A stretch of DNA of 64,000 nucleotides from Obrimoposthia wandeli. Its lineage: Eukaryota. A model generated the notes under the pieces. That model was not told where the DNA came from and did no database searches. It worked only from the letters and a program-made list of their open reading frames with translations. The translations under genes were made by a program, and so were the position numbers. This document shows positions 31,642 through 41,688 of the stretch, piece after piece. The stretch is taken from the NCBI GenBank assembly GCA_977020255.1, contig CDROCS010000122.1, positions 558,001 through 622,000 of the forward strand, read 5' to 3'. Within the stretch, counting starts at the first letter, position 1; the number at the start of each line of letters is the position of its first letter.

Positions 31642-33045
31642 TCAAGTATTGCTCACTTCAGATGGCACTTCATTACGTAATTTCTCTTTTTTCATGGTTC
31701 TATGCAGCAATTGGGAGTAAATAGGCTTTCCACCCAGTACCTGCGCCAACACCGTGGCACCAATAGTCGTGATGATTAAGGGTAAGATCAGGTGGTAATT
31801 ATTGGTCATTTCAATCACCAGTAAAATACCGGTTATGGGTGCGCGTACCGTTGCCGCAAATAAAGCCCCCATTCCCGCAATAGCAAACATACCCGGCTCT
31901 AATCCTAATTCAGGGAAATACATCTGAACAATAGACCCAAAAAACGTCCCAAATAACGTGCCTAATGCCAGCATAGGCGCAAAAATACCGCCAGGGGCAC
32001 CAGAGCCAAAACACAACAAGGTCGTGGCAACACGCGCTAAGAATAAAATAAATAACAAGCTAATACTGTATTTACCATTGGTTGCATCAGGAATAAGAGA
32101 AATCCCGCCCCCCGTTAATTCAGGAAGATAAAGCAGTAGTAAACCAAAGGTTCCCCCAAGCAACGTGCCTGTAATTAAATAGCGGCGACGTTCATTGCGG
32201 TGAATACGAATAAATAAATCTTGAGACAAGGTAATTAAGCGATTGAAAAGCACGCCAAATACACCAAAAAACATGCCTAATAACAAAAATAGCCATAATG
32301 CTTTTAGCGTCGGGGCATCATATTGCGGCATGGTAATAACGGCGTGCTGCCCCTTAATGCTTCGAAACACAATATTGGCAACAACCGCTGAAATAGTGAC
32401 ACATTTAATCGAAATTAAGCTGTAACGAAACTGAGGGCGCATTTCCTCAACAACAAACATGATGCCAGCGAGTGGGGCATTAAAAGCAGCAGCAAGACCT
32501 GCAGATGCACCCGATGCTAAAAGTGCATGGCGACCTTCTTTATCTTTTAGACGAAAAATATCAGAGACCATTCGCCCAATATTACCGCCCATTTGAACGG
32601 TAGGGCCTTCTCGGCCTAAAACCATTCCTGAACCTAATGCCCCTAAACCACCAAAAAACTTAACCGGTAATACTCGCCACCAGCGCACGGGACGCATCTC
32701 ATCCATCGCCCCTTCGATTTCAGGAATACCTGAACCTGCCGCTTCTGGTGCAAAACGGTTAACTAAGAAATAGCCAATGAATGCAAGCGAAGCACTCACC
32801 ACAAAAGCCGTTAGCCATAGCGGTAATTCACTGGTAATTTCATGTACTAGCCATTCGGTACGCTGCTCTGACACCCAATGAACACCGATTTCAAATAATG
32901 TCGCCAATAAACCAGCAATCATGCCAACCAATGCTGACAGAAAAAGAACAGATACAGGGGTTTTATCTCGGGATAAAAAACGCCGAACAAGACCACTCGG
33001 TTGTAGGTGCTCAGGTACAGGAGTGCCTTGCTTTTTATCAGTCAT
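31642..33045 (-). CDS. clcA: H+/Cl- exchange transporter ClcA
   Basis: 467 aa; GSGIP, GREGP, GIFAP motifs. Confidence 0.95.
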   Translation of the reverse strand: MTDKKQGTPVPEHLQPSGLVRRFLSRDKTPVSVLFLSALVGMIAGLLATLFEIGVHWVSEQRTEWLVHEITSELPLWLTAFVVSASLAFIGYFLVNRFAPEAAGSGIPEIEGAMDEMRPVRWWRVLPVKFFGGLGALGSGMVLGREGPTVQMGGNIGRMVSDIFRLKDKEGRHALLASGASAGLAAAFNAPLAGIMFVVEEMRPQFRYSLISIKCVTISAVVANIVFRSIKGQHAVITMPQYDAPTLKALWLFLLLGMFFGVFGVLFNRLITLSQDLFIRIHRNERRRYLITGTLLGGTFGLLLLYLPELTGGGISLIPDATNGKYSISLLFILFLARVATTLLCFGSGAPGGIFAPMLALGTLFGTFFGSIVQMYFPELGLEPGMFAIAGMGALFAATVRAPITGILLVIEMTNNYHLILPLIITTIGATVLAQVLGGKPIYSQLLHRTMKKEKLRNEVPSEVSNT

Positions 33046-33285
33046 TATTCAGCCGTATAATTCTTTGAGAGGGTCACAGAAAGGAGTGATGGGTTTTACA
33101 AGCATCCATCCTAATTGATAGACGCATTTTTTTACACTGTGATTGTTGGAAACTAGTTTTCCATCAGTGGTAAAGACAGTGTTATGTGACTAAGGTAGCA
33201 CAATAGAAACTCGCCAAGCGCCCTTTTTTTTCGGTACAATACGGCAAGTTCAAGCCTGAATCAATTTTGAAAATAGGACGTCACA

Positions 33286-34584
33286 ATGAGCAAGTCAGCT
33301 GATTTATTTGCTAAAGCACAAAAAATCATTCCCGGCGGTGTTAATTCACCCGTTCGAGCATTTGCCGGTGTTGGTGGTAGCCCACTGTTCATCGAACGTG
33401 CTGATGGCGCATATATCTTTGATGCTGATGGTAAAGCGTACATCGACTACGTAGGTTCTTGGGGGCCGATGATCCTTGGTCACAACCACGTTGCTGTTCG
33501 TGATGCTGTTATCAAAGCTGCTCAACAAGGTCTTAGCTTCGGTGCGCCCACTGAGATGGAAATCACCATGGCAGAGCTAGTCTCTAAGCTTGTTCCGTCA
33601 ATGGAACAAATTCGCATGGTGAGCTCAGGTACAGAAGCAACCATGAGTGCGATTCGTTTAGCGCGTGGGTTCACTAACCGTGACAAAATCATCAAATTTG
33701 AAGGTTGTTACCATGGCCACGCTGACTGCTTATTGGTTAAAGCTGGCTCTGGTGCATTAACACTGGGTCAGCCGAGCTCTCCGGGTGTACCTGCTGATTT
33801 TGCAAAACATACGCTAACATGTACATACAATGACCTTGAGACTGTACGTGAAGCCTTTGCAGCACACCCAGAACAGATCGCCTGCATTATCGTAGAACCT
33901 GTTGCTGGTAACATGAACTGCATTCCACCAGTTCCTGGCTTCCTTGAAGGCCTACGTACTATTTGTGATGAATTCGGCGCATTACTGATTCTGGATGAAG
34001 TAATGACAGGTTTCCGTGTTTCAGAAGGCGGCGCACAAGGCTATTACAACATCAAGCCAGATCTAACGACACTGGGTAAAATCATCGGTGGCGGAATGCC
34101 TGTTGGTGCGTTTGGTGGTCGTAAAGACATTATGCAATATGTCGCGCCTACTGGCCCTGTTTATCAGGCAGGTACGCTATCAGGTAACCCTGTCGCAATG
34201 GCCGCGGGTCACGCATGCCTCACCGTGCTAACAGAAGAAGGTAATGAGAAGCGCCTGGCGAATACCACTAAGATTCTGGCTAACGGCTTTAAAGCATTAG
34301 CCGATAAATATGATATTCCACTGGCTATCAATCAAGTGGGTGGCATGTTTGGTTTCTTCTTTACCGAGAAAGAAACTGTAACAAGCTATGCAGATGTGAC
34401 TAAATGCGATATCGAACGCTTTAAGCGTTTCTTTAACCTAATGCTTCAAAACGGTGTTTACCTTGCACCATCAGCATACGAAGCATGCTTTACGTCTCTC
34501 GCGCATGGCGATAAAGAAATTGAAGCAACGCTAAATGCCGCAGAACGTGCATTTGCAACGTTAGCAAAAGAAGCTAACGCATAA
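33286..34584 (+). CDS. hemL: glutamate-1-semialdehyde 2,1-aminomutase
   Basis: 432 aa; [34 protein letters not shown]. Confidence 0.97.
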   Translation: MSKSADLFAKAQKIIPGGVNSPVRAFAGVGGSPLFIERADGAYIFDADGKAYIDYVGSWGPMILGHNHVAVRDAVIKAAQQGLSFGAPTEMEITMAELVSKLVPSMEQIRMVSSGTEATMSAIRLARGFTNRDKIIKFEGCYHGHADCLLVKAGSGALTLGQPSSPGVPADFAKHTLTCTYNDLETVREAFAAHPEQIACIIVEPVAGNMNCIPPVPGFLEGLRTICDEFGALLILDEVMTGFRVSEGGAQGYYNIKPDLTTLGKIIGGGMPVGAFGGRKDIMQYVAPTGPVYQAGTLSGNPVAMAAGHACLTVLTEEGNEKRLANTTKILANGFKALADKYDIPLAINQVGGMFGFFFTEKETVTSYADVTKCDIERFKRFFNLMLQNGVYLAPSAYEACFTSLAHGDKEIEATLNAAERAFATLAKEANA

Positions 34585-34615
34585 AGACTTTGTTAAGCCA
34601 AAGTACATCATAATC

Positions 34616-34642
34616 AACGCCACTCAAGGAGTGGCGTTTTTT
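34616..34642 (+). terminator. intrinsic terminator after hemL
   Basis: AACGCCACTC-AAG-GAGTGGCGTTTTTT. Confidence 0.88.
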
Positions 34643-34663
34643 ATGAGTAGCTTATACTTAAAA

Positions 34664-34765
34664 CTATTGCCAGAAGAAAAAAACCAATACCACAAGCCCT
34701 AAAATAATAATGCCAGCCAAGGGTAGTTTACGTTTTTTCTTTGTACCACAATCACAACAGCCCAT
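34664..34765 (-). CDS. small Cys-rich membrane peptide, 33 aa MGCCDCGTKKKRKLPLAGIIILGLVVLVFFFWQ
   Basis: Hand-translated, below ORF-track cutoff; ordered Cys / basic / TM architecture; alternative in-frame ATG at 34774. Confidence 0.7.
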   Translation of the reverse strand: MGCCDCGTKKKRKLPLAGIIILGLVVLVFFFWQ

Positions 34766-34907
34766 AGTATTCATCCAATAGTGTTATTACGAAGTATATT
34801 TTTTGATTAAATATATATTAATCATGAATTAAGATTGTGATCTTTATTGAAGTGATGCAATTATAAGCAACGCCCAATACGATGTTAACTGATCGAAGGA
34901 CAAAAAA

Positions 34908-35993
34908 GTGCCAAAACCATTTAAAGTTGAATCTCGCCACTGGATGCTAATCGTAGCTCTCGGTATCGCCGTATATGCCAGTTATCGCTTGATAGAACCT
35001 TATATTGGTCCGATCGTCATGGCATTCATTATTTCTTTGCTTTATTACCCATTGCACACGCGAATCGAATCAAAGATCCCAAGTAAGCCCAACAGTGCTG
35101 CAATACTTTCTTGTATCCTGCTGACGTTTATCATTGTGATCCCATTGTTGATCGTATTCTCATCCATTGTGCACCAAGGAACCACTTTCTCTAAAGACAG
35201 TTACACTTGGTTCTCTTCTGGTGGGGCAAAAGAGCTACTTGCTCATCCTTACGTACAAAAAGCACTACTGCTGATTGAGAAGTGGTCACCGTTTGAGAGC
35301 ATTGATACACAAGCTATTTTACAAAAAATCGCTTCTGCTGCATCAAAGTTTGGCGCACAGCTACTTAACATCAGTGCAAAAATACTTGGTGATGCAACCA
35401 ATTTCGTTATCAGCTTTATGTTAATGCTATTCGTCTTATTTTTCTTACTACGCGATCACGCCAAAATGGTTAATGCGGTTCGCCATGTACTGCCTCTATC
35501 TCGTAGCCAAGAAGATGCATTACTTACCGAAGTTGAACAAGTGGCTAAATCTGCCGTTCTCGGCTCATTTCTCACCGCATTAGCGCAAGGCTTTGCAGGC
35601 GGTTTTGCCATGTGGTTAGCAGGTTTTCCTGGTTTATTTTGGGGCTCGATGATGGCTTTCGCTTCATTTATTCCTGTTTTTGGTACGGCATTGATCTGGT
35701 TGCCAGCGGCTCTGTATTTATTGCTCATTAATCAGTGGGAATGGGCATTATTCCTAAGTGGTTGGGGCATTGTTGTGGTGGGATCTATCGACAACATTTT
35801 ACGGCCATTATTAATGCAAGGTAATTCAGGCATGAATACCTTACTCATTTTCTTCTCTATTTTGGGCGGCTTACATTTATTTGGCTTAATTGGTTTGATT
35901 TATGGTCCAATTATTTTTGCTGTCACATTAGTACTATTTAAACTCTATGAAGTGGAATTTAAAGACTTTCTTGATCAACAAAATCAGAGTTAA
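34908..35993 (+). CDS. AI-2E family transporter
   Basis: 361 aa, GTG start; polytopic, IDNILRP and GLIGLIYGP motifs. Confidence 0.9.
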   Translation: MPKPFKVESRHWMLIVALGIAVYASYRLIEPYIGPIVMAFIISLLYYPLHTRIESKIPSKPNSAAILSCILLTFIIVIPLLIVFSSIVHQGTTFSKDSYTWFSSGGAKELLAHPYVQKALLLIEKWSPFESIDTQAILQKIASAASKFGAQLLNISAKILGDATNFVISFMLMLFVLFFLLRDHAKMVNAVRHVLPLSRSQEDALLTEVEQVAKSAVLGSFLTALAQGFAGGFAMWLAGFPGLFWGSMMAFASFIPVFGTALIWLPAALYLLLINQWEWALFLSGWGIVVVGSIDNILRPLLMQGNSGMNTLLIFFSILGGLHLFGLIGLIYGPIIFAVTLVLFKLYEVEFKDFLDQQNQS

Positions 35994-36116
35994 TTCCAGT
36001 TAAAACCAGAACAAATAGGTGCCGTCATTAATATGCGGCACCGCTCGCCTTTTCATACACGCCATTTTGTGGAACAATTCGCGCCCTTATTCAGTGATGT
36101 ATTTTTGAGGCTATCT

Positions 36117-37136
36117 ATGTCTTACACCGCCGCAAGCCAAGTTGTTGCACGTCAGTTAGCGTTTTTTGAAGGCCGAAAGGTACTTATTGCAGGCGAGTTA
36201 AGCGATGCATATCCAGTAGAATTAGCTAATGTCGCACAATCTGTCGCAGTCTTTACGACTAACTTTGGTTACCACAATTCAATGAGTCGCCACGATAACA
36301 TTGACTGCTATTTTGGTGTGCAATTAGACGCGACACTCGACATTGATATGTTATTAATTTATTGGCCTAAAGCAAAAGCTGAAGCTGATTACTTAATGTC
36401 GATGTTACTGGCTAAATTTGGTCCTGAAACAGAGATTTGTATTGTTGGTGAAAACCGTAGTGGTGTACGTAGCGCTGAAAAAATGTTCCAGCCTTATGGT
36501 CCCTTAACCAAATATGATTCAGCACGACGTTGCAGTTTCTACTGGGGACGCTGTGACAATGAAGTTAAGCCTTTTAACCTTAATGATTGGTTTAAAAGCT
36601 ACCCAATCAATGTATCAGGTGTCGAACTTACCGTTCGCTCATTACCCGGCGTCTTTAGCCATGGTGAATTTGATAACGGATCAAAGTTGTTGATTAATAC
36701 CTTGCCTGCACTACGCGGTAAAGTGCTCGACTTTGGCTGTGGTGCTGGTGTGCTGGGTGCAATAATGAAAGCCAAGCATCCACGCATTGAATTAGAATTG
36801 TGTGATATCAGCGCATTAGCAATAGAATCAGCAAAAGAAACCTTTAAAGTTAATCAGTTAGACGCGAAATTCACGGCAACTGATGTATATTCTGAACTCG
36901 AAGGCCCTTACAATTACTTAATCAGTAACCCTCCTTTCCATGCTGGTTTAAAAACATTCTATGCTGCAACAGAAAACTTTATCGCTCAAGCACCTAACTA
37001 CTTATTTAGCGACGGGCAGTTAATCATTGTTGCCAATAGCTTCCTCAAGTATCCAGAACTCATTGAGCAAAGTTTAGAGACATGCAACATTCTAGCTAGC
37101 ACTAATAAATTCATCATATATTCTGCTAAAAAATAA
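36117..37136 (+). CDS. rsmC: 16S rRNA m2G1207 methyltransferase
   Basis: WPKAK, LPGVFS, LDFGCGAG, SNPPFH; start set at ATG 36117 behind GAGG (ORF track gives 36033). Confidence 0.93.
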   Translation: MSYTAASQVVARQLAFFEGRKVLIAGELSDAYPVELANVAQSVAVFTTNFGYHNSMSRHDNIDCYFGVQLDATLDIDMLLIYWPKAKAEADYLMSMLLAKFGPETEICIVGENRSGVRSAEKMFQPYGPLTKYDSARRCSFYWGRCDNEVKPFNLNDWFKSYPINVSGVELTVRSLPGVFSHGEFDNGSKLLINTLPALRGKVLDFGCGAGVLGAIMKAKHPRIELELCDISALAIESAKETFKVNQLDAKFTATDVYSELEGPYNYLISNPPFHAGLKTFYAATENFIAQAPNYLFSDGQLIIVANSFLKYPELIEQSLETCNILASTNKFIIYSAKK

Positions 37137-37462
37137 CCTACTCTGTAAAAAAGAGAAAATTACGCAGGCTGAAAAACATTTAGTCTGCTTAATTCTTCCC
37201 GTTTATAACCCCTTTCTCTCGTCAACAACGTCAATTTTGTGTTTTCGCACACGCTTCAACTTAGACTTACTTGATTACGCAAAAAAAGCGTCGTATAACT
37301 AAGCCTCATAGGAAGCATACTGATTAGGCAACGCTAAAAATGTCCATCTTTCAAGACATATAAACGTCAAAATCTATTCACCAACTACGACTTTTTTTAG
37401 GCTTCGTTGTACGCTGATAGTCGACTTTAATCGGTTCACATACAATTCATTCAGGCACAGGA

Positions 37463-40400
37463 ATGCAGAATACCAAACGATTTAAACGTCTCCAGCATAC
37501 TTTAATGTTGGCTTTTTTAGTGCTTAGTATTACCCCACTAACACTCTCGGCATTCTTTTTTCTTAATTCTCACACTAAAGATCTTGCTGAACAAAGCACT
37601 AATCATCTCGCATCCTTACTCGATAATAAGCAAAAGCAGCTCAATAATTTTTTTACCGCTAGGGAATTGGATGTACAAAGCTTCGCACGTTCTGAATTGT
37701 CAAATGCCAGTGGCGGGCGATTCTATGGATTAGTAGGCGCTTTCAATCAATTAGGCAATATTGAAACCTTAATAAAAAGCACGACCAAAAGCCGTTACTT
37801 CAAAGAAACGCTGACAACAAAAAATAAAAATTTTTCTAGCGACAATTCAGCAAGTTTCGTTGGTCACGAACGTTATCGTCTAATGTATAAACGCTATAAC
37901 TGGGCTTATGAAGAATACCTAAAACGCTCGGCTTTTAGTGACATTATGTTGGTCGATATAACCGGCAATGTGGTGTATTCCGTTTTTCAGCATAATAAAT
38001 TTGGTTCCAATTTACTGGACGATAACAACCCCTCTCTCGCATTAAAAGAAACCTTTACTAAGATCCAAGCTCAAACAAAGAAGCACCAATTGGAGCCCGA
38101 TGTCGTCCCCGTCGTGTTCACTGATTTCAGTCACGATCCCTTTACCAAGGCATATACGGCTTGGTTTGCAGCCCCTATCATTCAACAAGGTTATTTACAT
38201 AGCTACGTATTTTTTAAGCTAAAGAATAAAACGATCAGTGACTTAATTAAGAATACGAACTCAAGCACAAATTTCGTTCAGACGTTACTTATTGGTCCCG
38301 ATCATAAATCACGTATCACAGACGGGAAAAGCGCTCCAGCCACTTTAACAAGCCAAAAAATTGATGCCGCACTAGCAGGAGAAAGTGGTGTAGGTAGTTT
38401 TAACAATTACAATAATGTCTCTGTTCTCAGTGCCTTCTCGCAAATCAATGTTATGGGAACCACCTGGGCCCTGTTGGTTGAATTACCTGAAAAAGAAGCC
38501 TTTGCACGTATCCATCAATTAGAAAAGCTTTTCTTCTTTGCCATGTTAACAGCCATTGTGTTGGTATTTATCTCTTCTCACTGGTTATCAAACTCTATTA
38601 CCGCCCCACTTCTACGCTTAACATGGGCAGCAGAACGCGCCTCTGCTGGCGATTTAGAACAAGAAATAAAAGGCACAGAGCGCAGCGATGAAATAGGACG
38701 ATTAGCAATCAGTTTCGCCCGAATGCAACGCTCAATCAGAGAAAAGATCACCCTCATTCGAGACCAAAATAACGAGCTGGAACAAAACTTAAAGGTCATT
38801 AGCCAACAAAACGAAAACCTTCAAGCAGCTGATAAATTAAAAGATGAATTCCTAGCAACAACATCACATGAATTACGAACACCACTACACGGTATGGTCG
38901 GCATTGCTGAATCACTTTTAGCGGGTGCAAATGGTCCGGTTCAAAAATCACAACGTCGTCAATTAGAGATGATCATCAATAGTGGTCAACGTTTAACGAA
39001 CCTCGTGGACGATCTGCTTGATTACCATAAAATGCGCTACGGTGATCTCGATATTAATAAGTACGCTGTAAACCTACCCTCCGCAGTACGATTGGTACTC
39101 GAATTATCCAGCCACCTGCTAGGGAGTAAACCTGTTCGCATTATCAATCAAATACCTAATGACTTACCGTTAGTATTAGCTGATGAACAACGCCTTGAAC
39201 AAATCCTTTATAATCTTGTTGGTAACGCGATTAAATATACCTCTGAAGGGAAAATCATTCTCTCTTCCACCGTATTAGAAAGCCAAATACGCATTCAAGT
39301 TGTCGATACTGGGCAAGGCATTCCAGCTGACCAATTAGAACATATTTTTGAGCCATTAATCCAAGCAAACACTGGTTTGGCCAACTACCGTCAGGGCGCT
39401 GGGCTGGGGTTATCGATTAGTCGTCAATTAATCGACTTAATGGGAGGGCACCTCTATGTGAGTAGCCAACCAATGGTAGGCACAACATTTAGCTTTACCC
39501 TCAATTTAGCGTCAAATGAAGACATTGCGGCTAGCCAAAGCACCAATGGTCAAATCCACTTTCAAGCACCATCATCAGAAACCACCACATGTGAAAACGA
39601 AAATTTGCCTGAAAATCCTGACGGTGAATTACTGTTAGTCGTTGATGATGAACCCGTCAATTTGCAAGTTTTAAACAACTTCTTACGTTTAGAAGGTTAT
39701 CGTGTTCTAACCGCAGACAGTGGCCCGCAAGCTCTGAAAATCATTGAACAACAACAGCCCGCTTTAATTCTGCTAGATATTATGATGCCTGAAATGAGTG
39801 GCTATGAGGTATGCCATATTTTACGCGAAGAATATTCCTTAATAGAGCTCCCCATCATAATGCTCTCAGCACTAGGGCAAGTTCAAGATAGAATAAAAGG
39901 CTTTGAGTCGGGTGCTAATGATTATCTGACGAAGCCATTTAATAAAGAAGAATTGATAGCTCGTATTAGTGCTCACCTTCAGGCTGGAAAAACAGAAGTA
40001 CAACGTCAGAAAAATGTAGCACTTCAACAAGAAATTCATCGCAGAGAACAAGTTGAAGTCGGTTTATTGACCACCCAAAGTCGCTTACTTGGGTTACTGG
40101 AATCAACCAATGAAGCCATCCTTTGTGTGCAAAATGAAGGGCGTATTCGCTATGCCAATGGTGCGGCAGGAAAGCTATTCAAACGCTCACCAGAACAGCT
40201 CGAACGTTATAATATTGAAGACATTTTAGTAACTCACTTACCTGATGATATTAGCCAAAGTCACCATTTCACTGGCAGCTTAACATTCCGTATTGGCGAT
40301 AACTTAAAATCACTCGATACAGATGTGATCAATTTACCTGAAGAATCAGGGTTAAAACGCATGTTTGTATTTGATAATGAAGGTCCATCGGCTCAACATC

Positions 40401-40855
40401 GTATTTCAATGCTAGAAGATGCCATCGACGTTTTATCAAGCTTTGCATTCGATGGCGACAAACACAATTTACAACAGCTACGCGAACTCGGTGGAGAGTT
40501 CACTCGCCTCGCGGATAAGTTGGGGGATAACGGTAAAAATAAGGCAGATATGGTTCGTGAGCTGTTAGTCGAAGTCATGAAGGCGACACTAAACTATTGG
40601 GAAACCGCTTCACAAAAAACAAAGTTTGAATTAGCGGAAGAAAGTGGTTTATGGCGCGTGTATTTAGATAGAAGCACCTTACAAACACGGACTCTAGATA
40701 AATACCTCCATGTTGAAACCTTACCCAAGACCCCACGCTGGCGAACGGTCATCAACACTATCGACTTTGTATTAGAACGTTGCACAGATTCATCCATCGA
40801 GCGTCATCAAGTGCAAACAATGCGAGACAAGCTACAGCACATTATTAGCCAGTAA
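37463..40855 (+). CDS. chiS: chitin sensor hybrid histidine kinase ChiS
   Basis: 1130 aa; periplasmic domain, HAMP, SHELRTPL, receiver LLDIMMP, PAS, C-terminal WRVYLDRSTLQTRTLDKYL domain; upstream of chb operon. Confidence 0.93.
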   Translation: MQNTKRFKRLQHTLMLAFLVLSITPLTLSAFFFLNSHTKDLAEQSTNHLASLLDNKQKQLNNFFTARELDVQSFARSELSNASGGRFYGLVGAFNQLGNIETLIKSTTKSRYFKETLTTKNKNFSSDNSASFVGHERYRLMYKRYNWAYEEYLKRSAFSDIMLVDITGNVVYSVFQHNKFGSNLLDDNNPSLALKETFTKIQAQTKKHQLEPDVVPVVFTDFSHDPFTKAYTAWFAAPIIQQGYLHSYVFFKLKNKTISDLIKNTNSSTNFVQTLLIGPDHKSRITDGKSAPATLTSQKIDAALAGESGVGSFNNYNNVSVLSAFSQINVMGTTWALLVELPEKEAFARIHQLEKLFFFAMLTAIVLVFISSHWLSNSITAPLLRLTWAAERASAGDLEQEIKGTERSDEIGRLAISFARMQRSIREKITLIRDQNNELEQNLKVISQQNENLQAADKLKDEFLATTSHELRTPLHGMVGIAESLLAGANGPVQKSQRRQLEMIINSGQRLTNLVDDLLDYHKMRYGDLDINKYAVNLPSAVRLVLELSSHLLGSKPVRIINQIPNDLPLVLADEQRLEQILYNLVGNAIKYTSEGKIILSSTVLESQIRIQVVDTGQGIPADQLEHIFEPLIQANTGLANYRQGAGLGLSISRQLIDLMGGHLYVSSQPMVGTTFSFTLNLASNEDIAASQSTNGQIHFQAPSSETTTCENENLPENPDGELLLVVDDEPVNLQVLNNFLRLEGYRVLTADSGPQALKIIEQQQPALILLDIMMPEMSGYEVCHILREEYSLIELPIIMLSALGQVQDRIKGFESGANDYLTKPFNKEELIARISAHLQAGKTEVQRQKNVALQQEIHRREQVEVGLLTTQSRLLGLLESTNEAILCVQNEGRIRYANGAAGKLFKRSPEQLERYNIEDILVTHLPDDISQSHHFTGSLTFRIGDNLKSLDTDVINLPEESGLKRMFVFDNEGPSAQHRISMLEDAIDVLSSFAFDGDKHNLQQLRELGGEFTRLADKLGDNGKNKADMVRELLVEVMKATLNYWETASQKTKFELAEESGLWRVYLDRSTLQTRTLDKYLHVETLPKTPRWRTVINTIDFVLERCTDSSIERHQVQTMRDKLQHIISQ

Positions 40856-40881
40856 CTGCCCTTTACTTAGCCGCTATCACT

Positions 40882-40905
40882 AAGACCTGCATTTGCAGGT
40901 CTTTT
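40882..40905 (+). terminator. intrinsic terminator after chiS
   Basis: AAGACCTGC-ATTT-GCAGGTCTTTT. Confidence 0.85.
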
Positions 40906-40980
40906 GCTATCTACCCCTTGATCTCTCTCTCGCTATTCAGCCAATGTAAAGATGCCCATGTCCTACTTATACCGTCTATC

Positions 40981-41047
40981 TATACCCAAGTTACCTCAAG
41001 ATGCTCGTTTCAGCGAGAATCCTGCATCTTGAGGTAGCTTGGGTATA
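40981..41047. mobile_element. 67-bp ERIC-like / MITE-like palindromic element
   Basis: 24-bp terminal inverted repeats with 1 mismatch; TATACCC...GGGTATA ends. Confidence 0.75.
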
Positions 41048-41254
41048 TACGTTTATAATTTCCTTTTTAAGTACGATTTGCATGCTGAAGAGTATGTCCT
41101 TTATTTCTTCATTCCCATCACTGCATTGAGCTTATTTTCAGTGCGAAATTATCATTTCGGTTACTGAAAAACATCATTAAACACTTCAGTATCATGCTTA
41201 AAATTACAACAAAGTAAGGCCTTCCATCCTTAAAGATAAATTTGTTTTTAATTA

Positions 41255-41270
41255 TGAGAAGCGAATCACA
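41255..41270. promoter_or_regulatory. candidate CRP site (distal) upstream of chb operon
   Basis: TGAGA-AGCGAA-TCACA, 9/10 match to TGTGA-N6-TCACA. Confidence 0.5.
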
Positions 41271-41424
41271 ACAAATCAAACGGTAAAATTTCACGCAGGG
41301 AATTAACTCATTCATGTTATTCGCATTACATCACACTCGCTCACCCATACACCTACAAGACTATAAATACTAAAGCTAGGAGTTTGCAACCACTAACTTC
41401 GTAAGTGTAACGACTTAAATTAAT

Positions 41425-41440
41425 TGTGATATTAAGCACA
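41425..41440. promoter_or_regulatory. candidate CRP site (proximal) upstream of chb operon
   Basis: TGTGA-TATTAA-GCACA, 9/10 match. Confidence 0.6.
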
Positions 41441-41477
41441 AGCAATGTCATTAGCAGGTTTACCCAACAACTCGATA

Positions 41478-41523
41478 TTAACGTTTTTAACAGCAGTGAA
41501 ACTGTTTTTGACGTTTTTAACGG
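41478..41523. promoter_or_regulatory. 16-bp direct repeat pair, candidate activator (ChiS) sites
   Basis: TTAACGTTTTTAACAG and TTGACGTTTTTAACGG, 14/16 identical, 30-bp period. Confidence 0.45.
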
Positions 41524-41688
41524 GCGACCACGTTGACGCGTTTTCAGTTTCGGAGTTTCCTAGGGGTACTTAGAGCCTACAAGGCCATTCGCAAGATACT
41601 TTATTAGTTTCTTCGAAGTAGGTTCGAGCGCTCCACTTGGGGCAATTAATATCCATAAGTGAAACTTAAGCAAAAGTAAGGAACAGCT

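Noticed and set aside
33046-33285. Hairpin upstream of clcA considered as a fluoride riboswitch
   Set aside because: No crcB-motif consensus, and the protein has GSGIP/GREGP motifs of the Cl-/H+ antiporter class rather than CLC-F.
41118-41315. 65-aa minus-strand ORF in the chiS-cbp gap
   Set aside because: No motif, AT-rich low-information sequence, overlaps predicted regulatory sites.
41478-41523. Direct repeat considered as a mini-CRISPR
   Set aside because: Only two 16-bp copies with a 14-bp gap and no cas genes; fits an operator better.
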